A stretch of 24,195 bases of DNA from positions 1,224,234 through 1,248,428 of the forward strand of contig MU058669.1 in NCBI GenBank assembly GCA_013265495.1, in the 5' to 3' direction. A model generated the notes under the pieces. The model was not told where the DNA came from. It worked only from the letters and a program-made list of their open reading frames with translations, and did no database searches. Positions 1 through 9,450 of the stretch are shown here, one piece after another. How positions within the stretch are numbered: the first letter of the stretch is position 1; every line of letters starts with the position of its first letter. A program made the translations under genes and the position numbers. This stretch comes from Vicugna vicugna. Lineage: Eukaryota.

Positions 1-7
1 CCTAGGC

Positions 8-176
8 CAGCACTTTTCAAACTTGAGTGTGTCAGCTGTGCCTTTCCTGGGCGTCTTATGAAAATGCAGATCCTGATTTAGTAGGCCTGGTGTGGGGCCT
101 TGAGTTTGCATTTCTAACAAGTTCTCAGGAGATGCTCATTCTGCCAGTCAGGGAGAACCATGTTTCTATAGCAAGT
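8..176 (+). mobile_element. MER5A-like hAT-Charlie DNA transposon remnant
   Basis: cagcacttttcaaactt...gcagatcctgatttagtaggcctggtgtggggcc...tttgcatttctaacaagttctcaggagatgct is colinear with the recalled MER5A consensus. Ends approximate. Confidence 0.8.
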
Positions 177-274
177 CTCCCAGCCGCTCTAAATGGGCAG
201 AGAGATTAGAAAACATGACTTCTCAGCCTGGACAGGGCGTATGGTTCAGAGGACAGCTCGAGCATCAAAGACAA

Positions 275-455
275 TGAGGGTCAAACCTTGGGTCTGTCTT
301 TCGATGTGTTTACTGAGCCACAGTGATCTTCTGATCCTTCACATGCAAAATGGAAGCATGGGTATTTTTTGAGAGGGTTGAATGACATAATGGTATCACC
401 TGTAACATTCTTAGCCAAGCACATAGTAAGTACTCTGTAAATTTAATTATTGTTG
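275..455 (+). mobile_element. MIR SINE (degraded core and 3' tail)
   Basis: cacatgcaaaatgg...gagagggttgaatgacataat...gcacatagtaagtactctgtaaatttaattatt resembles the MIR core and tail (gcacatagtaagcgctcaataaat). Confidence 0.6.
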
Positions 456-1574
456 ACATAAATGAAAGAGCACTGATGGAGGATCATCTTGCAGCATGAG
501 TCTTTGCCTCCTTATTTATGAGACAGGCGGTATGAAGAACTGGAAAGGGCGCTGGGCTGGTTCAGAGTGCAGTTTCTCCTCACTGCTGCAGACGTGGCAG
601 TCGTACGTTTTCCTGGGTCTCAGTTTACACATCTACCCAATGAAAAGGCTGAACCCATTCCTTCCTGGTCTGAACCTCCTAGAAATATATTTTAGCATCC
701 CCCGAAAGACTTGGAGCCATGAGTGGCAGCAGGGAAGCTCCAAGGAGTCAGCCCCTCATTTAATAAACTGTGAGAGAAGAGAGTTAGGTGGCAAAATGCT
801 TATGGATGAAAAGCACAGACCCATGAGAATCTGCCAAGCCAATCTATTTTAAAACCCAGTTCTTTTTAGCAACAGAGAGCCAGGGCAGTGACTTAATTAC
901 CAGTGGGCTACATCAGAAGCAAAACTGGAGCCAGCATTCCTGAACTGGGGTGAAGAACAGATTGACCAGCTCTGGGGAGGTCAGGTCTTCTGAACCCCTC
1001 CACTACTTCCCTGTTCATACATCATTTAGGTCTCCGATGTGCCAAGCTTTAGAGTTTTAAACAAATGTCCTTGGGACTGTAGGACTTTGTCCATTTTCTA
1101 AAGGATTTTGTAAGCATCTGTCAGCGTCTGTGTGATTCATACACAAATGTGCATATGAATCACTTCCTTTCTATTCCACACCATGGTCCCCACCCCCACT
1201 CCCTCACAGACATCCTTCCCCGCCACAGCCTGCTCCCCACCATTTGAAGAGAATAAGTGAAGGAACTGATTTTGTGGTGATTAACATACCAACAGTGCTT
1301 CTTTTTTTGAAACCACCAGGGCTCAGAATCCCTTGGGGGGACCTTCTCATGAAGGTTTCTAGGGGACCGTTGAGTAGGAGCTGGCCCTGAGAGAGCCAGT
1401 TCAGTGTCAGCTCAGGGACTGACATGGCCACTCTGAACCAGAAAGGAACTTGAGGATGGTGTGAGCCTCAACATGGTGATTAAGAAAATCCTGGATTCTT
1501 AGAGAAGGAAGGCACCATAAACATCACTTAACGAAACCTCAGTAAGTTCGTAACACACAATAGGTTTTTGAGTG

Positions 1575-1761
1575 GCATAACTTTGGCCCAGATTCCTGCT
1601 TCATTATATGCCAGATTTTCTTAACTGAACAGGTGACCTTACATGAGTTACTTTACTTTTCTAATCTTTCTTTCCCTCTGATAGAAAAAGGGTAACTAAC
1701 TACATTTGTCTTAGGGGTCTTATAAGGTCAAATGAGATTTCATATTTAAAATGCTTGGGAT
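1575..1761 (+). mobile_element. MIR SINE, 5' part (interrupted by an LTR; tail resumes at about 2285-2330)
   Basis: gtgaccttacatgagttactttacttttct...taggggtcttataaggtcaaatgagatttcatatttaaaatgctt matches the MIR core. gattcctgaaaca after the LTR continues the MIR (gtgcctggcaca). Confidence 0.7.
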
Positions 1762-2280
1762 TGTTAGCAATTGCAAACTTGTACTGCTTGCCACACAACA
1801 GACCAATAAATCGAGAGACGAGTTGTTGGGGCAAGGGATAGCCACTTTGTTCAGAAGTCCAGCTCACTGAGAAGACGGTGGAATAGTGTACCAAAGAACC
1901 ATCTTTCCCAAGTCAGAATTCAAGTTCCTTTTATATTAAAAGGGAAAGAGTTGTGATTGGTTGTTGCAAACTTCTTGGTGTCACAATCCTTTGTTCTTGC
2001 AGCTGTCTACATAGGTCAGGTCACGATGTTTCTGTAAACTTCCAATAAGACAAATGTTATTTTCTGTTCTGTAATTTTAAATCTCTATATGAGTAGGAAA
2101 GTGTTATACCCTCAAAGGTCAGAGTCTTGAGTATGGGTTAACCTGTATATTTCAGGCTATAGGAACATTTTTTTTACAAAAGGTGCAGAACCAGCATGAC
2201 TAAGCACAGGAAACAGAGCACAGGGTTAGAGGTAAACGAACTGATCTAATATGGAGTCAGATTTGTTCTTCCCTATTATA
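1762..2280 (-). mobile_element. ERV1-class solo LTR, MER41-like (artiodactyl type), 519 bp
   Basis: Exact 4-bp TSD GGAT at 1758-1761 and 2281-2284. The minus strand starts TATAATAGGGAAGAACAAATCTGACTCCAT (TG>TA mutated) and ends GCTAACA. It carries CCAAT (1956-1960), TATAAAA (1929-1935) and a degenerate polyA signal AACAAA (1846-1851) in LTR order. Subfamily name from recall. Confidence 0.85.
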
Positions 2281-2481
2281 GGATGATTCCTGAAACAATG
2301 TCTTAGTTTTTATAACGATAATAACAATAGAAAATTGTACTAACCAGTGGATTTTCAGGTGTTTCTCTAATTTCTCCAGTGGAGGATTTAGAGCCAAGAG
2401 GTCAGACAGACAGCCTATGGGCTGGATTTCACATGCAGATTTATTTTGTTTGTCCTTTTCAGCAGTGATCAAGGTGCTTTT

Positions 2482-2501
2482 TTGTTGTTGTTGTTGTTGT
2501 T
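2482..2501 (+). repeat. (TTG)n microsatellite
   Basis: Directly visible, about 6 units. Confidence 0.9.
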
Positions 2502-3044
2502 AGCCTGTATTTTAAAAGTGAGAGATTTTATAATTTTGCATCATAATCTATATTTCTTGAAACTTTTTGAAATATCAGTAGATCTGGCAAACACCAACCC
2601 ACATTCCAGCATGATAATAATCAGCTGGAGGTGAGATGGGGCTTCCCCCTTTGTGGAAATCATTTTTCTCCCTTTTGCTGCAGTCTTCACCCTTCCCTGC
2701 TGTCTTACTATTACACTGTTTTACTTCATATGCTTTACCTTCTGTATTTGAAACAGTATTTATGTTTGCTATCCCTTGATATAGCACCTTGAATGTAACA
2801 CCATGCCTTGGTGTGATTTGATTGGCATTGGCAATTGTGAGCATGTTACTAGATACAGATGCATCCACTAATGATTTGAGAGAATGTTGTGCATTAGGAA
2901 ACATGAGAGTAGCCCATTTCAGAGTACCTGCCCAGGTCATACTCTGTTCTTTAAAATGACTTGCTCTTCCCACCCAAAACCCTGCTGAGGTGGGGGGCAG
3001 GGGGGAGGTTAGCTAGAGAGCACCAAGAACCTTGTGAGACTGCC

Positions 3045-3300
3045 CTCACTTTGGTCACAGATGGATGGAGCAAAAGTCAACACCTGATCTGAGACAAGCC
3101 AATCAGATTCCATTCCCTGGAAGTCCTAACTATAATAGTGAGAAGCTGGCTCTGTGGCTGATGATGGCAGCACTGAAACTACAGGCTCATGAAGAACTGA
3201 GTCTGCATGGAGGTGACAGGAGACAAAGACAAAAGCCACGCAAGCCAAGGTTCTGGAGGAGCATATGGTAGCCAGGAGTCACTGGAGGAAGCCAGTCTGC
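3045..3300. mobile_element. Old ERVL-type LTR fragment (LTR16/LTR33-like)
   Basis: cacctgatctgagacaagccaatcagattccattccctggaa resembles a motif typical of ERVL LTR16/LTR33 elements. Boundaries unclear. Confidence 0.4.
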
Positions 3301-3586
3301 AAAGACGAATAGAAAAGCAGATGAGAGTTGTGGAAATGAGCAGTGGAAACAACTACGTGGCCACTTAGAAAGACAAAGGGTGTCTATGACCGACCTTCCA
3401 GTCTCTGGAGTTGAGCAGACTGGTTGTAAATGCTTCCATCTTCAATCAGTCATTCCTTGACCTTCTTTCTTTTTTATGTCTCTATGCCACCATCCTTTCC
3501 TACCTCTCAGAATATCTGTCTGTCTCCTATGTTGGCTTCTTTTCCTCCATTATAAGTTTCCCTCTCTTCTCTATTCACATTTACTG

Positions 3587-3941
3587 TGCTATGGGTGAAT
3601 GTTAGTGTCCCTCTAAAATTCATATGTTGGAATCCAATCCCCAGTATGGTGTTATTTGGAGATGAGGGTGATGAGGTCATGAGGATGGAATCCTCATAAA
3701 CAGGATTCGTTCCCTTATAGAAGAGACCCCAGAGAGCTCCCTCACCACTTTCACCATGTGATGATAAATCAAGGAGACACCTGTCTGTGGACCAGGAAGC
3801 CAGGTCTGACTAGATACTGAGTCTGCTGGCACACTGATCTTGGACTTCCCAGCCTCCAGAACTAGGAGAGAAAAATGTCCATTGTTTATAAGCAACCCAG
3901 TCTATGGTGTTCTATTATAGCAGTCAGAATAGACTAAGACA
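3587..3941 (+). mobile_element. MLT1A/MLT1A0 MaLR solo LTR, essentially complete
   Basis: Starts tgctatgggtgaatgttagtgtccctctaaaattcatatgttg, contains tgctggcacactgatcttggacttcccagcctccagaact, and ends tagactaagaca. TG...CA termini, 355 bp. Confidence 0.9.
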
Positions 3942-3946
3942 CACTT

Positions 3947-4547
3947 TTTTTTAACTTTTTTTTATTGAGTTATAGTCATTTTACAATGTTGTGTCAAATT
4001 CTAGTCTAGAGCACAATTTTTCACTTATACATGAACATATATACATTCATTGTTACATTCTCTTTTGCTGTGAGCCACCACTGCTACACAGTACAATCTT
4101 GTTTATCTAGTCTACATTTTGAAATCCCAGTCCCTTCCTACCCCCCGTCCCCCTGGCAACCACAGGTTTGTATTCTATGTCTATGAGTCTGTTTCTGTTT
4201 TGTATTTATGTTTTTGTTTTTTGTTTTTAGATTCTGCATATGAGCGATCTCATATGGTATTTTTCTTTCTCTTTCTGGCTTACTTCACTTAGAATGACAT
4301 TCTCCAGTAACATCCATGTTGCTGCAAATGGCATTATGTTGTTGTTTTTATGGCTGAATAGTATTCCATTGTATAAATATGCCACCTCTTCTTTATCCAA
4401 TCATCTGTTGATGGACATTTACACTGTTTCCATGTCTTGGCTATTGTAAATAGTGCTGCTATGAACATTGGGGTGCAGGTGTCATTTTGAAGTAGGGTTC
4501 CTTCTGGATATATGCCCAGGAGCAGGATTCCTGGGTCATATGGTAAG
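3947..4547 (-). mobile_element. Young 5'-truncated L1 (ORF2 C-terminal remnant, 3' UTR and polyA)
   Basis: ORF 4334..4555(-) gives YDPGILLLGIYP...TCTPMFIAALFTIAKTWKQ..C...WIKK.WHIYTMEYYSAIK, the L1 ORF2p C-terminus. T-rich tail at the left. TSD TAAGACACACTT at 3935-3946 and 4548-4559. Confidence 0.95.
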
Positions 4548-4624
4548 TAAGACACACTTCTTAGAAGATCTCAGTGTAACACTAGTTGCATGTTGACCTG
4601 TCATAAGTTTTTATGTATGTATTT

Positions 4625-4764
4625 TTTTGAGTTGTCTATTTCCTTATTAGAATGTGGGCTCAGTCACCTTAGGCAAACTTCATCTGTCTGGTTCACAGTG
4701 GTGCCTGGCACAGAGTAGATACTCAATAAATATGTGCTAAATTTATGGATGAATGAATGAATGA
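4625..4764 (+). mobile_element. L2 LINE 3' end
   Basis: gtgcctggcacagagtagatactcaataaatatgtgctaa...gaatgaatgaatga is the canonical L2 terminus. Confidence 0.85.
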
Positions 4765-5134
4765 GCTGGATTTGTGTCTCGTGCCCGGACCTAGGCCATT
4801 CCCCCATGCTCTGTACCAGGCCCCAGCACACTGGATGCCTCTGATTTGCCATGGTTTCTCTTGCCTTAGAGGTTTGGAAGATATATTCCCTCTGTCTACA
4901 AAACGTGGGCTCTTCCTTCAAGTGTGAGCTTAAAAGCTTTCTCCTCTGCCGTATCTGCCATGTACCATGTACTTCCTGTAATTATACCCTATTCATTACA
5001 TGCATAGCCTCAGCTTCTTTTCTTAATTTGTAAATATGCATGAGCTTTTTGCCTACCATGTATTTGCCTCTGTCCCACCGCACTTTTTCTTTTTTTCTCT
5101 CCAATAAGCTGCCAACTTCTCAACTCATCTTAAT

Positions 5135-5206
5135 ATGTTCAATGCCAAGCACAGTTTCTAGAATAGAGTAAGTGTTCAGTAATGTATGTTTAGTGGATGA
5201 ATGGAT
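5135..5206 (+). mobile_element. L2 3'-tail fragment
   Basis: ccaagcacagtttctagaatagagtaagtgttcagtaatgtatgtttagtggatgaatgg resembles the L2 terminus. Confidence 0.55.
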
Positions 5207-5621
5207 ACCCATAATACGTTATTTTATTGTCTCCAGAAACCTCAGTTTTATATTAGCAGTTTGATTTGGTTTTGGTTTCTTGTAATCAAAGAGCCTTGAC
5301 TATGGCAATTCTTAATGGTGAGCAGAAATTTATACTTTTTAGGTGCTTTTGCAATTACCCTCTTAATAGACGTGAAGAAAACAATGACATTAACTGATAA
5401 CTTCCTAATGATGTCAATCATGTACATTTCCATAGTTTACAAAGTACCTTTATGTCTGTTATCACAGTTAATTCTCAGAACGGTCTTGCACAGCAAAGGA
5501 CAGTTGAGACAGAGAGGTCAGAAGAGCAAGGATCAGAGCTCTTTACCAGCCTGTTGCTCTGGTGATAAACCACACAGCCTCCATTGTTAACTTATACTGC
5601 TTATCTCATGTTGCTATAGCT

Positions 5622-5855
5622 ACTACTAGCTACGGTTTACTGAGCGTTTGCTACCTGGCAAGCAGTGAGCTATGTGCTTTCCCTTAATTATATCAGCTAA
5701 CCTTCACAAGGACCTCATGGAGTTGATACTTTTATTGATCTTTTTTGACAAATAAAGAAATTGAGGCACAGAGATGTCAGAGATCTAATGGGTAAGCACA
5801 AATGTGAGTCCAGGTTTTTCTGATTTTTGAAACCAAACTACAAACTACTTCACTA
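5622..5855 (-). mobile_element. MIR SINE (near full length)
   Basis: tttactgagcgtttgctacctggcaagcagtgagcta...ttttttgacaaataaagaaattgaggcacagaga is the reverse complement of the MIR tail and core. Confidence 0.8.
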
Positions 5856-6439
5856 AAGTCCTTCTTGCTACAAAGAAAAGTCAAAGAACATCTGGGACTT
5901 TGAAAGTCACTCATGCAGAATAATCTAGCGTCATATTTCTGTTAGTAATCCCAAACCCTTTGAGGTACAATGAAAAGTTATTCAAATCTTCGTGAGAACA
6001 GGAAGCACAGAAAGATGGGACAGAATATGAGCTGCTTCACCAACATCCCCTTTGAAATGGGGACTTAATTAAGGCACTTAATTGTTGAGAGATCCATAAT
6101 GAGATTATTCAGAGCCTTGGCTGTGCACTTCTTTCCTATTGTTAACTATGCTAATTTGCAAAGATGCTCAGGATGCTGGCTGAATGGGAACAGGCTAAAT
6201 GAAAACTATTTTTTTCAGAGTGGAAGTAAATGTAATCACACTGAGTAATTTGATTCTGATACACTGCTTTCCCTCCACTCCTTTTTAAATACACATGCTC
6301 TTTATAAATAGGTGAAGGTGTGTGGTCATTTGGCGAGCATAGGAAGGCTGATGATCACAGATGTGACTGAGGGCACCCTGTCAAGCTTCCCTCCATGTGG
6401 TAAATTCCTGGATCATTCTCCAAGTAAAAGAAAGGAGAA

Positions 6440-6590
6440 AATGATAAAGAAAACATATTCAATGAGTACAGCTCTGTACAAAGCATCATGTCAGGGTCTC
6501 TCACACCCACTCTTTAGCTAAATCTTACAAAAGCTCCTGGGTACAGCTGTGTGTACAGATTGAAAGGAGCCCATTTTACAGACGAATGGA
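6440..6590 (-). mobile_element. MIR fragment
   Basis: cccattttacagacgaa core motif preceded by a degraded reverse-complement tail. Confidence 0.45.
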
Positions 6591-7257
6591 GTCCTTGACT
6601 TGATTCTTCCTGGGACAGGAACTAAGAAAATAGTTAAAACACACAACTGTCACATCATATACCAAGGGGACATATTAAGAGATGTGGGGGGAAAATAAAA
6701 AAGAGGAATGGGTATAATTGTGGGGCTGTAGAGATGGGATTACGTTATTTCAGCATCAAAGAACCCAAGTGCCTATATTCCCAAACGAGATTTGATATTC
6801 ATTGAATTAGCCAGTCATACCCATGCTTATGCAGTTTAAAAATATATTTGGTTACCTAATTCAAACTTGTAATAATAGTAATGATGATAATGAAAACTTG
6901 TATTTTCAAATTCAGAGTATTTTTTATTTTACTTTCTCCCCAGCTGGTCTAATCACATTTGAGTACTTATGTTGCCCTTCTTTCAATCTTCTAAATCTGA
7001 GATTCGGTTAAAAAGCAAATTATCTTTATAAAAAGCCCAACCCTCTTGTCTCTGGACCTCTCCGGGAATGGTTTTTAAAATCATTTTTCACTCGGTTCAC
7101 ACTCTGAAAGATCAAAGAGCTCTGCTACGTGCCCATTCCAGAAGTCCCTCTGGGATTAGCCCATCATGAATATAAATCACTGTGTTTGTTATGTTTCCAA
7201 AATACCCATTCATCAAACATCTGAGCATTGTTCAAAGAGATGTGGGGTCAGGTCAGC

Positions 7258-7565
7258 TCTCACCTTCACAAGGCTGCCTGCTTCTGTTTGTGCAGCCAGA
7301 GGAGATCTCGAGACAATTAGCTACTTGCTGTTGTGGCTGCGGCCAAAGGTCTCCCCCAGGGGGATGAGAAGAGACATCCGCAGGAGGAAGCTCTATTCAG
7401 GCATCACGTGCGGCTCTCAGCCAAGGAGGCAGTGCCTCTTTATACCTTCCAACTCAGGGTCTTTTTTGTGTAGCAAGACAAAAGCGAACAATGGGCACCT
7501 CCTCTCTCCTGGAGATGACAAGGCGCAGGAAAGTATAAAGCTAGCTTTTGAAAACTCAGCCATTG
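7258..7565. promoter_or_regulatory. Candidate promoter/enhancer with divergent TATA boxes and a possible minus-strand non-coding first exon (about 7415 to 7264)
   Basis: Repeat-free and locally CpG-retaining. TATAAAG on minus (7438-7444) and plus (7534-7540), SOX motif AACAATG (7487-7493), E-box CACGTG (7405-7410), minus-strand donor GAAG|GTGAGA (7264/7263). Motif evidence only. Confidence 0.4.
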
Positions 7566-7704
7566 AACTCCCTGCCACCCCAAGAACCTGACCTGAATCC
7601 ACTTTCTGACAACCACAGGAGACGATTGTCCTTTTCTTTAAGAAGCTCTCAGCTTGGAAGAAGACCACCAAGAGGGAAAGGGATTGCCTTCCAAAAGGGT
7701 CCTA

Positions 7705-7790
7705 AAGGATATCAAAGCTGGAAGGTCTCCTAGTGATTACTGAGTCCAACCTCCTTAATTTATAAATGTTAACTCTGAGGACTAGAAGGA
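7705..7790 (-). mobile_element. MIR3-like fragment
   Basis: aaagctggaaggtctcctagtgattactgagtccaacctccttaatttataaatg resembles the reverse-complement MIR3 (gagctggaagggacctta...tagtccaacccc...ttttacagatg). Confidence 0.5.
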
Positions 7791-7879
7791 TTGAATCTGA
7801 ACCATCCAGACCAATGAGGCTCCCTCAGATAGTGTCAGAACAACCTGCTCTTAAGTCAGAGCTGAGTTTAATCACTTCC

Positions 7880-8292
7880 CATGATGAGAGAAAACACTAC
7901 CTACCTGGCCAGTCTTGACTGCACCTAGTGGGGGCAAGAGCAGCTGGGATATTTGTTGAAGTCTGGTTTAAGGAGGGTCCTTCAAGGGAGTAGAGGGGTC
8001 TTACTAGGGTTGGATAGGAGCATGATACAATAGTTTAGAGTTGGTGGACACAACAAGGCAAGGATTTTGAGGGGAAGGGTTGAAAGGGTCTTGAGGTATA
8101 AATAGTTGATACTTTCTGTTGAAGAGTTGATGGGTCTTTCTGCAAAGTTCTTGGAATGCACAATAAAGTTATTTTCTCTTCCTGGGCAAAATTTCCTGGA
8201 ATAGTGAATCTATGCTGATGAAGACAAAGGACTACTAGAGTCGTATCAGAGCAGACAGTAACCTGTGTGGGCAGAGATAGTTTGGGGTCTCA
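7880..8292 (-). mobile_element. Putative old ERV LTR, family not identified
   Basis: About 400-bp segment bounded by tg...tctca with LTR-like composition. No TSD or confident consensus match. Confidence 0.35.
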
Positions 8293-8951
8293 GAATCTGA
8301 GCCCTCAATTTTTAAATGAAACCCTGCTCCAAGCCCCACAGCCCCTTCACTGCAGAGGATGAGCTGGAAACTGTTCACCTAATGAGAACTCACAGTAGGA
8401 GCCATTCTTCCATAAGTGTTGAAGACTATGTCCAGATTTTCCAAGAAGAGGACCTGGGAGATAGTCAGACATTTACTTGTTCATTTTTGCTTGAGCAAAG
8501 TGAGAAATCCATCAGCTAAGCCAGCTGTAGGTCTTCATAGAGCAGTAAATTATCTTTATTTTTTCTTTTGGTTTGTTTGCAAGAAATGCCTGTGATTCCA
8601 GGATAGTCTCTTATTCTTAGCCATTATCACGCTCCAACGTTCATTTTCAATTTCTAATGTTGAGCTGGATGGTTTTTATGATATCTCAGCTAGAGAAAAA
8701 TGAAAATGAATTTACAAAATGAAAGACAAGATTTATTTGGATGTAGGGGCACTCTTTGCAGTTCTTCTTAAAGCAAAAAAGAATCTTTTGGTAGGATTCA
8801 ATTATGCACACAGTTTCTTTCCAAATGTACACATAGTCTCTAATTGGACAATTCACATCTTCTACACCCAGCATTATCAACAGATGATGATTGAAAAAGT
8901 TTAAGAGTATAGCTTTCATGAAACCACTCGGTAGTCTATGTGCGAACTTAC

Positions 8952-8969
8952 CAAGCCTGTGTAACAAAT
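8952..8969 (-). other. Candidate 18-nt microexon ATTTGTTACACAGGCTTG
   Basis: Minus strand reads TACTCAC (branch point, 8995-8989), cgatttcctggcttttcAG | 18 nt | GTAAGT (8951-8946). AG-free zone of about 42 nt upstream of the acceptor. Length divisible by 3; flanks are unique sequence. Confidence 0.5.
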
Positions 8970-9254
8970 CTGAAAAGCCAGGAAATCGGTGAGTAATAGA
9001 AAACAGCAAAGCACTCAGTCCATCATCTGGAATACTCATTCTTACTTCATGAATTCAAACACAGGGAAGCATTTGTGTACTGACATCTGGTTGTGTGTGA
9101 GCTCTTTTAAAACGCATTCTGTTTTCATTGTTCCTTTTCAAGAAATGAACACCAATACAGTATAAAATCATTGGATAGGGTCTGGGGAAGCTCAGGGTAA
9201 TTTCAGGGTAGACCTTCCCTCAGGACAGGGTAGGACATTGTAAATGATCTGGGA

Positions 9255-9440
9255 GGAAGTATTGCTCAGCAGTTAAGGCTGTGAGTTTTTGGTTTTGAAT
9301 CTCATTTCTATCCTGAAAAGCTAGCTTCATGACCTTGGGAAAGTTGTTTAACCTCTATAAGCCTCAGTCTTCCAGCTTTAATATGGGGGTAACAATAGTA
9401 GCTAACTCCTAGGGTGTCTCTGAGGATTATATCAGACTGG
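9255..9440 (+). mobile_element. MIR SINE
   Basis: tgaccttgggaaagttgtttaacctctataagcctcagtcttcc...atgggggtaacaatagtagctaactcctagggtgtctctgaggatta is a clear MIR core. Confidence 0.9.
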
Positions 9441-9450
9441 TAAAGCTTTT

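Noticed and set aside
1762..2280. MER41-like LTR as an interferon-inducible STAT1 enhancer
   Set aside because: I found no TTCN3GAA GAS motif in this copy.
7166..7591. Longest ORF (141 aa, plus strand) as a CDS
   Set aside because: No recognisable domain, random-looking composition and no supporting splice structure. It is better explained by the locally higher GC of the candidate regulatory element.
7918..7936. CTCF site (minus strand CCACTAGGTGCAG)
   Set aside because: It lacks one G of the GGTGGC core, so it is only a partial match.
8761..8995. Plus-strand exon ending at the donor-like TCG|GTGAGT (8988/8989)
   Set aside because: All three frames from the nearby acceptors contain stops. 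The same bases serve as the minus-strand branch point TACTCAC, which fits a more complete model. A non-coding plus-strand exon cannot be excluded.
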